In this document: one piece after another, positions 1-11,170 of the stretch
Layout of the letters: every line of letters starts with the position of its first letter
How positions within the stretch are numbered: the first letter of the stretch is position 1
Assembly: GCF_006345805.1 (NCBI RefSeq)
Contig: NC_043002.1
Span: forward strand, 79,670,001-79,734,000
Direction: 5' to 3'
DNA from: Octopus sinensis
Taxonomy: Eukaryota
DNA: 64,000 nt
Notes under the pieces: model-generated
What the model saw: only the letters and a program-made list of their open reading frames with translations
Database searches by the model: none
What the model was told of the DNA's origin: nothing
Made by a program: the position numbers and the translations under genes

Positions 1-707
1 ATGTATGTGTCCTCATGTTTTTATAGTACGTAGGCAGGTATATAGTTACATATATACTCATTTCTGTGAATTTTATTTCACTGTGTGCGTATGTTCACAT
101 GTGTGTGTGTGTGTGTTGTGTGTTGTGGTGAGTGTGTTTGCGTGTGTATATGCTTTATCTTGTTTGTGTAAATATGTTTTGTCATTTTACCACATTGACA
201 TTTTTCAATAAGCAATTTAAGGACGTGCTAAAAATTCCAACTCGATAAAACAGTAAATATTGAATAGTTATTTACAGTTTTAATTTCTTCTAAAACAAAC
301 TGTTTTCAACTTGTCAAGTATTATCTTTTTTGAAAACTATTTTAGGTTGCGTTTTAAATATATCTAAACTAATGCTTTTTACACCAAATAGGCATTGCAG
401 TTTTACATTGTGCCAACACGTAATTCTGGAAATAGATTTATTATCCCATCTTCCATCATTCGTGAATAGAGCGCTCAGACGTCTCTACTAAGTGAAGTCC
501 AACTAACATGCAGAATGCGTCAAGAAGACTTTCTCGAGAGGAACATTATCTCGGTCTTCCCAACACTGATTCTCGTCCCTGTTAGTCTTTCTCAAGTCTC
601 ACTCATTAGATCGCAGTCGTGCTGGGAGTTTTGTGGTCAAGCAGCTCATTAGGTTTCCAGTCTTACAGACATGTTCTCGGTTATTATTAATGTAAGGAAG
701 TGAAAAT

Positions 708-900
708 GCGTGACATAATGGTTGGTGTGTAGTACTCACGATTGTAATATCGTTTCAAAGCACTTCATTTCACTCTGGTCCAGTCCTCTCAACAGTAAAT
801 GAATAACCTTGTGTCAACGAGCAGGCGCGTCGTACCGAGAGAATGCTGTGATCTCGGCCACTTATAGACCATGGAAAGTACGTAACCGTCCCCGTGTGCC
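708..900 (+). mobile_element. Old tRNA-derived SINE (family 3), degenerate
   Basis: Decayed tRNA-like head plus 'aaagcacttcatttcac...ccagtcctctcaacagtaaatga' body shared with the copy at 1577. Confidence 0.5.
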
Positions 901-1220
901 CTTGCACTCGGGATAATACCGTCCATAGGGTTGACGCTGATGTTTTATGTAATCGCAAGGTTAGATCTTTGACACAGAATGGAAGAAATTTACTCAGTAC
1001 GTCACACTTAAATAGATAAATAAATACAAATACGTTCTTTATTTCACATTCGTCTTGTACTATATTCTTCTTGCGCGTTCTCCTTTATGTAACTATACTC
1101 TTGTTGAACTTTGTTATATCTAAACATATTACGTTCCTCTTTTTGTCTCCTGTTCAGCTGACATAACTTGCTTACGTCATGGTCTTCAACAATTGTATGT
1201 TGCACTATATCCTCCCTCTA

Positions 1221-1385
1221 GGCGCATGGCCTAAGGGGTTGGAATTTGGGGTTTACGTTTGTGGGTTCTGTTACTATATCGGGGGCTGGTTCTTGCCGCT
1301 TATCTCACTTCATTTCATACACCCATCTTCTACACTGTGAAAATGAGTACCAGTTCAGAGTTCGATTACCCCACTCCCTACCCAG
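1221..1385 (+). mobile_element. Old tRNA-derived SINE (family 3), degenerate
   Basis: 'ggcgcatggcctaaggggtt' A-box head; 'cacttcatttca...aaaatgagtacc' body. Confidence 0.5.
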
Positions 1386-1738
1386 CTCGCACATTCTGTA
1401 CGTTCCGCTTGGTCAATGGTGGAAATGCCATGACGGGGTCAGTATACTCACAGCTTCATAAGCACATTAAAACAATTAGCTAAATAATGCTCCTCGCTTC
1501 AAATCACATTCTCTCACATATTGAAGGCTTATTTCTTTTTTTTTTTTTACTATGTCCATCTGCAGCTATATATTGTGGGGCCGCATGGCTTAGTGGTAGA
1601 GTGTTGCACTCATGGTCGTAAGATTGTGGTTTCGATTCCTGGAGTGAGCAATGTGCTGTCTTCTGAAGCAAAACATTTCACTTCATCATTTCCATTATTT
1701 ACAATTGACGGATATTTGTCCTGATCTTGTTTGTTGTT

Positions 1739-1784
1739 AATACAATGTTTCGGCTGATATATCCTCCAGCATTCATCAGGTGTC
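1739..1784 (-). ncRNA. Type I hammerhead ribozyme motif, family A (decayed copy)
   Basis: Minus strand GACAC-CUGAUGA-AU-GCUG-loop-CAGC-C-GAAA-CAUU-GUAUU. Confidence 0.7.
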
Positions 1785-1835
1785 TTTCGAACCTGGGTAC
1801 TCATTCTTAAGGTATTTTTCGATGTTGTTGTTGTT

Positions 1836-1918
<83 letters not shown>

Positions 1919-2986
1919 ATTATTATTTGTGTCACTGCCTGGAATCGAACTCGGAATCTTGGGGTTAGTAACAATTAAAGAGTGAATTTTGGGGCTTATA
2001 AGTCTAATATTCTTCTATCCTTCCTTAATACCGTTTCCCATATGCTATTCATATCTGCACTCGGTCTAATTAGGAGGTTGTTGTGTCCTAGCGTATGTGT
2101 TGCTTCTTTTAGTTTGATCATTTCTTCGTGGTGGGTATCCCGATCGCTACTTACATCCATCACTCGTTGTTTTAGGCACTGAGCAATCCCTCTCTTTACA
2201 CTGAATGGATGGTGGGAATTGAAGTTGAGGTATCGTCCAGTGAAGGTCTGCTTGCGGTATACGGATGACTTTCACTGGACGATACCTCAATTTCAACTCC
2301 CACCATCCATACAGTGTAAAGAGAGGGATTGCTCAGTGCAATGAATTTAAGTAGCGATCGTGATACCCACCACAAAGAAATGATCAAGCCCAGTAACAAT
2401 CTATTAAGCAACAACTACCCCAAAAGCATAATCTCCACCCCAATTATGAATAAGAATGAGGATGAAACCGATAAACTGCCCACAGTCTGTCTACCCTATG
2501 TGAAAGGCCTCTCCGAAAAGATATACGGCCCATATGACATCAGATCAGTATTCAAAAGTAATACAACACTTCGCAAATATCTCTTTCGAGTAAAACCACC
2601 AATAGAAGAGAATATGACCAAGAATTGCGTGTAATTCATCCCGTGCAGCTGTGGTAGGTATACAAAGTCAAAACATGCCGCCCCCTCAAAATATGGGTGG
2701 AGGAACATCGCAAAGCTGTGACACGGGGAGATATTGTTAAATCAGGTATAGCTGATCATGTATGGAAAAATGGAGACCATCTTCCCCTGTGGGATGAAAT
2801 TAGAATAATTGACAGCGAACACCACATGAAAATACGAAAACTAAAAGAAGCAGCACATATGCTAGGGCACAACAACCTCCTAATTAGACCGAGTGCAGAT
2901 ATGAACAGCATATGAGAACCGGTATTAAGGAAGGATAGGAGAATATTAGGTTTATAAGGCCTAAAATTCACTCCATAATTGCCCAC

Positions 2987-3057
2987 GGGCATATGGCGTA
3001 GTCGTTGAGTGCGGACTACTAACCCCAAGATTCCAAGTTCGATTCTAGGTAGTGACC
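2987..3057 (+). promoter_or_regulatory. tRNA-like Pol III head (A/B box) inside the PLE terminal repeat
   Basis: A box TGGCGTAGTCG and B box AGTTCGATTCT at tRNA-like spacing; the B-box half recurs in the minus arm at ~1930-1970. Confidence 0.7.
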
Positions 3058-3149
3058 TGAATAATAATAATAATAACAATAATAATAATAATAATAACAA
3101 CAACAACAACAACCTTAGGAATGAGAAACCAGGTTTGAAATTTCCCCAG

Positions 3150-3188
3150 GGCACCTGATGAAGGATATATCAACCGAAACGTTGTGTT
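3150..3188 (+). ncRNA. Type I minimal hammerhead ribozyme motif, family A
   Basis: GGCAC-CUGAUGA-A-GG...CC-GAAACGUU-GUGUU; palindromic AACGUU at stem III; 7-nt deletion in stem II relative to the 1739 copy. Confidence 0.75.
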
Positions 3189-3455
3189 AACAACAAACAA
3201 GACGAGGACAATTGTAAATAATGTAAATAATGCACATAACTCCTCATCTCTTAAATATAGAACTTACTTCCATTCATATTGCTGCGGTCCACTCAACTGG
3301 CAAAAATGAGTAATCTTGTGACAGAACGGCGTCCTGTCCAGCAGGGAAATTTATACTCCGAACATTAAGGGAAACGGAGCTTAAGGCTACGGAAGGACAT
3401 TTGATGTATTTTCCTTTTCTTTTGCTATACTTTCCTGGCAATATATACGCCTTGT

Positions 3456-3640
3456 TTAAGGTGGCAGAATCGTTAGTATAATGGGAAAAATTCTTTGCAG
3501 TATTTCGTCCATTTTACGTTCTAAGTTCAAATTCCGCGGAGGACAACTTGACTTTCATCCTTTTGAGAATCGATAAAATAAGTACTAGCTGACTTACCCA
3601 CTCACCCAAAATTGCTGGCTTTGTGCCAAAATATGAAACC
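3456..3640 (+). mobile_element. SINE family 1 monomer, degenerate
   Basis: 'ggtggcagaatcgttag...agttcaaattccgc...aagtact' matches other family-1 copies. Confidence 0.75.
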
Positions 3641-3965
3641 GCTTTATTTACAACTCGCACTATGACTTTTTTCTCCGCACCAAATGTTTCTTTCAAACAC
3701 CTGTTTTCTTTACAATTACTATACATTTACCAATCCCATATTAAATACTTTTCTTTCATTGTCTCCTGATTAGGATTACCTGAGATAGGTATTTCTTTGT
3801 TTCTCCTCTCTAAACAAATACCTCTAAATATAAAGAATTTAATTACATAAAGCACACTTAGAAATATTTGGTTGTCAGCTTTGTTTAAGTTAATTAGCTT
3901 TCTATTTAAAATTAATGAGAAAATTCCATTAAAAATATTTTGAATAATACTATGGCTAGTCAAAA

Positions 3966-4600
3966 AGGTGGCGAGCTGGCAGAAACGTTAGCACGCTGGG
4001 CGAAATGCGTAGCCGTATTTCGTCTGTCGTTACATTCTGAGTTCAAATTCCGCAGAGGTCGACTTTGCCTTTCATCCTTTCAGGGTCGAGTAAATAAGTA
4101 CCAGTTACGCATTGGAGTCGATATAATCGACGTAATCCGTTTTTCTGTCCTTGTTTGTCCCCTCTATGTTTAGCCCCTTGTGGGTAGTAAAGAAATAGGT
4201 ATTTTGTCTGCTGTTACGTTCTGAGTTCAAATTCCGCCGAGGTCGACTTTGCCTTTCATCTTTCGGGGTCGATTAAATAAGTACCAGTTACGCACTGGGG
4301 TCGATATAATCGACTTAGTCCATTTGTCAGTCCTTGTTTGTCCCCTCTGTGTGTAGACCCTTGTGGGCAGTAAAGAAATAAGAAACGTAAGCATGCCGAG
4401 CAAAAAGCATAGCTGAATTTCGTCCGTCTTTACGCTCTGGGTCCAAATTCCGCCGAGGTCGACTTTGACTTCAATCCTTCTCTGATGGATTAAAATATAT
4501 ACCAGCTGAGCATTGGGGTCGATGAAATCGACTTATACCTTTTCCCAAAATTGCTGAGCTTGTGATCAAATTTTAAATCAATATTAATATTAGCGTCGTT
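3966..4600 (+). mobile_element. SINE family 1 head-to-tail trimer
   Basis: Head 'ggcgagctggcagaaacgttagc' then three ~185-bp units each with 'gttcaaattccgc.gaggtcgactttg' and 'gggtcgat..aatcgac'. Confidence 0.9.
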
Positions 4601-4661
4601 TTCTTCCAATTTACGGCTTTTGTAAGACACAAAACAGCAAGACCTCTCAAATATTTTGCAC

Positions 4662-4820
4662 AGGCATAGGAGTGGCTCTGTGGCAAGCAGCTTACTTACC
4701 AACTACATGCGGATTCATTGCCACTGCGTGGCACCTTGGGCGAATGTCTTCTAATGTAGCCTCGGGCCGACCAAAGCCTTGTGAATGGATTTGGTAGACA
4801 GAAACTGAAAGAAGCCCGTC

Positions 4821-4865
<45 letters not shown>

Positions 4866-5136
4866 CGTGTGTGTGTGTGTGTGTGTATGTGTGTGTGTGT
4901 TGTGTGCGCGTGTGTGTGTGCTTATGTGTTTGTGTTTGCCCCCCAACATCGCTTGACAACTGATGTTGGTGCGTTTACGTCCCCGTAACTTAGCGGTTCC
5001 GCAAAAGACACCGATAGAATAAGTACTAGACTTACGAAGAATAAGTCCTGGGGTCGATTTGCTCGACTAAAGGCGGTGCTCCAGCATAGCCACAGTCAAA
5101 TGACTGAAAGAAATAAAAGAGTAAAAGAGTAAAAGA
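4662..5136 (+). mobile_element. SINE family 2, full length, internal (TA)n(TG)n
   Basis: tRNA-like head, 'ggccgaccaaagcc...gaaactgaaagaagcccgtcg', internal microsatellite, (GAGTAAAA)n tail. Confidence 0.9.
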
Positions 5137-6025
5137 GTCTCTGAGACTAGTACTTGAAGAAATGAGAAGAAACGGCGGTTTACTGGTAGCTGTAGAAGCC
5201 TATTTATCGTTGTTATTATGTTAAACTGTCTTATGTCCAAATTTGAGCAAATATTTATTTTTGCTTGCAATAGCCGATTTTTTTGGTCAAACTATCATGT
5301 CTCCAGCTGCTTCTGATAGAAAAATATCAAAAATTATCAAAGTGTAGTATAACGGTTTTGCTATGGAATGGTGAAACTATTTTTTGTTTTCTGAAAAAGC
5401 AACGTTTTGGACATACAACACTTTTGCATAATAGCAAGGTATTTTTTTTCAGTAAAATAAGGAAATGCCAAATCCCCAAACAGTAGGCAATGGAATTTAT
5501 TAGTAGTAGAGAGTAAGGAATGAAGACTTACGTGTCACTGCTGTAGAAAGCGGCGCAACGAAACGTCGCTTTAACAAAGACAGACCAAAGCGTTGGTCTG
5601 AACCACGTCATGGTGATCCGCGAGACAAGTGATAGGCTAGGATTGGTCGAAAAACAACACTGCTTTTGAGAAGGTTAAGAAATAGAGGGCGAATAGGAAG
5701 GAAGTGAGAGATGAAAAACAGTGAAAAGATACGGATTCCGATAGTTTGTGCTTTGAAGATTTCTCAACTATCACTCTGCATGTATGTGTGTATATGTGTG
5801 CGTGTGTGTGTTTGTTGTGTGTGTGTGTATGTGTGAATGTTCCAAAAAGAAGCAAATGTTGTTCAAGTTAACAAATCCCAAATCAATAAATCACTCGAAA
5901 TATCTCTTAACTGTTTAGCAAAAACATCAAAAAGAGTGTAAATAACGTAAACATACACACATGAACACGCATACACACAAACACACACACACACATATGC
6001 ATATATACATATATATATATATATA

Positions 6026-6056
<31 letters not shown>

Positions 6057-6400
6057 TAGATAGATAGAAGATGGATAGATAGACAGATAGATAGATAGAT
6101 GCGCACTCCTCTCAATGCAAGTATGTGTTATGTGTCTGTCTCTTTGCGTGCTTAGAGTGATAAACGGTAAAAAGACTACTCAATACATGTAGTGAAGTAT
6201 AGAAGTATGGTTTATTCTCTAGCATTACAGTGTTTAGCAGGATACGTTCATTCACTTTTCCTCAACTCTCTCTTACTTTCTCTGTCCATCTCTACCTCTC
6301 TGTTTGTCTGTCTGTCTCTCTCTCTTACTATCTATCTCACATCTGTACCTATACACGGACATATGTATGTGTGTGTGTGTGTGTGTGTATACATTTATAG

Positions 6401-6812
6401 CCGCAGGAGCGGCTGTGTGCTAAGTAGCTTGCTTACCAACCATATGGTTCCGGATTCAGTCCCACTGCGTGGCAACTTGGGCATGTGTCTCCTACTATAG
6501 CCTCGGGCCGACCAAAGTCTTGTGAGTGGATTTGGTAGACGGAAACTGAAAGAAGCCCGTCGTATATATGTGTGTATATATATATGTATGTGTGTGTATA
6601 TGTTTGTGTGTCTGTGTTTGTCCCCCCAACATCGCTTGACAACCGATGCTGGTGTTTTACGTCTCCGTAACTTAGAGATTCGGCAAAAGTGACCGATAGA
6701 ATAAGTACTAGGCTTTCAAAGAATAAGTCCTGGGGTTGATTTACTCGACTAAAAGTCGGTGCTCCAGCTTGGCCGCAGTCAAATGACTGAAACAATTAAA
6801 GAGTAAAAGAGA
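6401..6812 (+). mobile_element. SINE family 2, full length
   Basis: Collinear with 4662-5136. Confidence 0.9.
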
Positions 6813-6971
6813 GTACATCCACACACATGTATATATATATATATATCTATATATATATATAGATATATATATATGTAATTTTAATCCAAACGGGAAAACA
6901 AAAAAACAACAACAGTGGAACAAATACAGTATTATTATTAATAGGCGCTCAGGAAATATGGAAGCAGGAAG

Positions 6972-7006
6972 GTATGACGTTTCGAGCGGAGCTCTTCGTC
7001 GGAAAC
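6972..7006 (-). ncRNA. Hammerhead-like motif, family B (U4C core variant)
   Basis: Minus strand GUUU-CCGACGA-A-GAGC-UCC-GCUC-GAAACGUC-AUAC. Confidence 0.6.
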
Positions 7007-7149
7007 ATAAAAGAAGAAGAGAGAGGAAAGAAAGATCCCAAAGCGGGCCACAGGAGATGGAGAAAAAAAAACGACTGGTGTTTACGAAGTACACATGGTG
7101 AAAGGCGAATAACAAGAGCAAAGTAGGTTTTAAAAGCCAAAAGAGTGGA

Positions 7150-9470
7150 GAACAGGGTTGGTAACGCAACAGATGTGTGTGTATGTGTGAGTTGTGCGTG
7201 TGCGTGTGTGTATGTGCGTGTGAGGCGAGATAAAAACACAAAAATATGTACGTGTTAGTGTGTGCGTCTGTGTGTAGGCGTGTGAGGTAGGGCGAGACAG
7301 TAGTAGGCATAGCAGACAGTGGTCAGTAGTAAGAAAATGAAGGAAGGAGGAAGGGGAGGGAGGGGAAAGGTGGGGGCGTATGTAGCGTGCCAGTGTGTGT
7401 TGAGTAGTAGTGTGTGTGTGTGTCCAGTGTCGTGGTAGTATTAATGGCGAGTAGATTTGAATGTGTGTAAGAGTAATGTATATATTTAAGCAATGTGTGT
7501 GAGTGGGTGTGTGTATGTGTGCGCGTGTTTGTAACAAAAAAGGGGGGGGGTAAGGAAAAAGGACTCCAGCTGAGGGGAAGATGGAAGAGTGGTCCCGCGG
7601 AGACGGGCGTGGGAGAACCCAACGACAGGCGACGGTCCCAGGAACGAGCGGGAGGTCTCCTCGGGTCCAAGAGCGAGGTGCATGCAGCGCGTATGCGTGC
7701 GCGAACCGGCGCAAGCGCGTGTGTGCGCGCGCCTGCGAGTATGCGCGTAAGTATGTATGTGTGTGGATGTGTGAGTGTGTCTGTGTGTATGTCTGGGTGT
7801 CAGTGTGTCCGATGAATGTATGTGAGTATGTGTGTATATATGTGTGTGCATAGATGTATGTCCGTGTGTGTGTGTGTGTGTATGTGTATGAGTGTGTATG
7901 TGTGTACGTGTGGGTGTGTGGAAGTGGTGTATGTGGCATGTGTGTGCGCGTACATACAGGTGTGGGAGTGAGTGTGTGTGTGTGTATTGTATGTGTGAGT
8001 GTGTATGTATGTGTGTGTAGGATGCATGTATGTGTATGGGTGTATTTATGTGTGTGTATGTTGTATCTATGTGTACGTGTGCGTGTGTGTGTGTGTATGC
8101 GTGTAGGTGTGCGCGTGTGCATGCATGCATGTGCTGTTGTGTGTGTGTGTGTGCATGTGTGTGGGTATATATGTATGTGCGTATATGTGTGTGTGTATGT
8201 GCGTACATGTGTGTGTGTGTATGCATGTGTGTGTATGTAGGTGTGTAGGCGTGTGTGTATAGGTGTATGTATGTAAGTATGTATGGGTGTGTCCGTGTAT
8301 GTGTGTGTATGTATGTGTGTGTATGTAGGTGTGTGGGCGTGTGTATATAGGTGTATGTAGTATGTCTGGGTGTGTCCGTGAAGTTTGTGTGTGTGTGTGT
8401 ATGTATGTATGTGTATGTAGGTGTGTGTGTGTGTGTAATGTATGTGTGTATGCGTGTGTGTGCGGTGTATGCGTGCGTGTGTGTATGTAGGTGCGTATGT
8501 ATGTGTGTGGGAGTGTAGGTGTGTGTGTGCGTGTGCGTGTTTATGTTGGTGTGTGGTATGTGAGTGTGAGTGTATGGGTGTTTGTCATGCATGTGTGTGC
8601 GCGTACAGGCGAGTGTGTGTGTAGGTATGTGTGTGTGTATGTTTGTGGAGTGTGTATGTGTGTATGTCTGTGTGTATGTATGTGCGTATAGGAGTATGTA
8701 GGTATGTGTGTGGTATGTGTATGGGTGTTGTATGTATGTATGGTGTGTGCATGTGTATAAGTATATGTGTGTGTGCGTATGTGTGTGTATGTGTATGTGT
8801 GTGTGTTTATGTATGTGCGTATGTTGTGTGTAGGCGTGGGTGTTGTAGATGTATGTATGTATGGGTGTGTGTCTGTGTGTGTTTGTGTGTGTGTGTAGGT
8901 AGGTGTGTGTGTCTGAGTGAGGGTATGGCTGTGTAGGTGTGTGTGTATGAATGTAAGTGTGTGTGTGTACAAGTGTAATGTATGTATGTAGGTGTGTGTG
9001 TGTGTGTATGTGTACGTGTGCGTGTGTATGTGTGTGTATGCGTGTGAGTGTGAGTGTATGGGTGTATGTCTGGGTGTGTATGTCTGAAGTAGGTATGTTG
9101 TTGTATGTATGTGTGGGGTGTGCGGGTATGGTGTGTGTGTGTATGTGTGTGCCTACTGTATGTGTGCATGTGTGTGTGTGTGTGAAGTATGTACGGCGGG
9201 TGTCTGTGTGAGTGTATGTATGTGCGTATGTTGTGTGTATGTATGTGTGTATGTATGTCTGTGTGTGTGTGTGTGTAAGTATGTATGTGTGTGTGTATGT
9301 TGTATGTGTGTGTGTATGTGCATGTTGGTTTGTATGTTAGTGTGTGCATATATGTCCTAAGTGTGTGTGATTAAATGTGGAATGTATGTACGTAGATGGG
9401 TCTACGTATGTGTGTGTGTGAACAGCGTGTGGGAGGTAGGTAGGTGTTGGTGTGTGGGTGGTGTATCCGG
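7150..9470. repeat. ~2.3-kb degenerate (TG/TA/CG)n mosaic
   Basis: Direct inspection; source of the His/Thr and Cys/Val pseudo-ORFs. Confidence 0.95.
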
Positions 9471-9977
9471 GAAACAAAAAAAAAAAAAGAAGCGGACCTC
9501 AAGAGGAGGGGGCTGTGTTAAGTCCGTGTGGGGTAGTAGTTTTAGGGTGAAGATGTTGTAGCGTTGCTCCAGTGGAGCCTGGAAAGTGGGCGACCATTGT
9601 GGGGGGCGAGCCAAACACTGAGATGTCATCTAGGAATGGCCGGCCGAGCGGAAGTGGCGTGCGACGGGAGAAAAAGAGTGTAGGCGAACGTCCCTCAAAT
9701 GTTCAGTGAAACGGTCGGACAACCGGCGTCCCGTCTGTCCTACATACAGCATCCCGCATATGTTTGCATTTAATGCAGTAAATAAGGCCGGACGAGGTGC
9801 ACGTAAAATAGTGTGCCTAATGCGTACCGTATGCTGGTTGGAGCCGGTGACAGCGGTGGTGTTGGTGATGAAGGGGCAAGTGTTGCAGCGGGATCTAGAG
9901 CAAGGGAATTATCCGTGTGGGGCTGAGGGGGAAGGAGAGAGGGTGCTGTGATATATATATATATATACACGTGCGTG

Positions 9978-10052
<75 letters not shown>

Positions 10053-10199
10053 ATGTGCGCACGCGTGTGTGGGCGTGTGTGGGCGTGTGCGTGTGCGTGT
10101 GCGTGTGGGCGTGTGTGGGCGTGTGCGTGTGCGTGTGCAGCTGTAGGACAAATGAGAGAAAGCAGCTTATTAAATGAATATTTAATTTTTTAATGCTGC

Positions 10200-11170
10200 A
10201 TTGGTCCAAGTTTTACATCAATCGCAGCTGTAATACATTAGAAGAATCGACATGCATACATTCTGAACAAATTTTAGGGGAATTTGGATCCATTTTCGAA
10301 GTAAAAACATGGTTTTGCTCTGCGCGGGAAAATGCCGGCGTGATCCAGTTCGTCATTTACTTGTCCAAAATACACCATAAATTTTCGATAATATTGCAAT
10401 CCAGTAATTGCGATCCAAAACTTCGAGTTTAACTTTTTGCTCTTCGTACTAGTTTTGAATAACATTAGCCGTGTGAATCGGCGTATTATCGATCTAGAAG
10501 ATTGTATTGCCATCAGTGAACGCTGTTTGTACTATACGATGGAAATTATCAGCCTAAATAGTCAAATAATTCTTGGCATTCACTCTGACGCGTTGCCATG
10601 AGAATTCCGTGGTATAGTAAACCAAATTATTGCAGAATCTTCTTCATGCATCAGGATAGGCGCCAAACAGTGATGACTGAAGGTTTCTTTGGGGTATTTC
10701 CATACATAAAATTGGCACCAAGCAGGAAATAAGTGAATGATCATTTATTGGAAAAGATGACATTGTTCTTTGCGCCATTGATCACTTCTGATAGTCTATA
10801 CACTATGTTACCTCTTATCAATCTTGATGTGGTACAGAAGAGATTTAGTAATTGCAGCCCGTCCATGATATTCAACTTTATGCAGCTTAAGAGGAATGAT
10901 GTTGGGAGACATAGGTTGGCAAGTAGTCGTTTAGCTCTGCTTTCACTTTTGTTCTTGTAGTTAAAGTTTTGGACACAAAAGGTTTCGCTGGTCTGCAGTC
11001 CTCCTCTATGACCATTGCCTTCCATCGAGAATTACGCTTGCTCGAGCTGGTTTTATTTCGGTTTTGGAATGCCAATTATTAAATATTTCAGCAGTTTAGT
11101 CTAATGAATCTCAAGCTCTCAGCAGCTCACCAATGTTTCCTCTCTTTGGAAATCATATAGGTTACAAATT
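10200..11170 (-). mobile_element. Tc1-family transposase relic
   Basis: Multi-frame translation gives DFQRGNI..., TSSSKRNS, KAELNDYL, KNNVIFS, VNAKNYLTI, IF*IDNTPIHTANV and CNIIENLWCILD (DDE region). Confidence 0.85.

Larger units (their letters stand above)
1691..3264. mobile_element. Penelope-like element, head-to-head inverted pair (minus arm 1691-2270, plus arm 2270-3264)
   Basis: Plus arm encodes PLE RT C-terminus (TGRYLNFNSHHPYSVKRGIAQC) and decayed GIY-YIG (NCV*..PCSCG...EEHRKAV...IADHVWK...KLKEAAHM). Minus arm repeats the same sequence with an internal deletion. Confidence 0.92.
1577..3400 (+). mobile_element. tRNA-derived SINE (family 3) split by a PLE insertion: 5' half 1577-1690, 3' half ~3266-3400
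   Basis: A box (tggcttagtgg) and B box (gtttcgattcc) at 1586-1640; body resumes after the PLE with 'gtccactcaactggcaaaaatgagtaatc', the same body as copies at 708 and 1221. Confidence 0.7.
6880..9945 (-). mobile_element. 5'-truncated PLE: GIY-YIG fragment (~9540-9830), long low-complexity 3' region, terminal HHR-like motif
   Basis: Frameshifted minus-strand translation FTCTSSGLIYCIKC/CGMLYVGQTGRRLSDRFTEHLRDVRLHSFSPVARHF. Linking it to the 6.9-kb terminus is an inference from orientation. Confidence 0.75.

Noticed and set aside
3966-4600. Regularly spaced repeats suggesting a CRISPR-like array
   Set aside because: Units are ~185-bp whole SINE monomers without unique spacers; eukaryotic DNA with no cas genes
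7130-9349. Long His/Thr and Cys/Val ORFs (up to 368 aa)
   Set aside because: Translations of (CA/TA)n mosaic; open on both strands; no splice or domain support
10741-11025. 94-aa and 62-aa ORFs as host genes
   Set aside because: Frameshifted pieces of a Tc1 transposase relic
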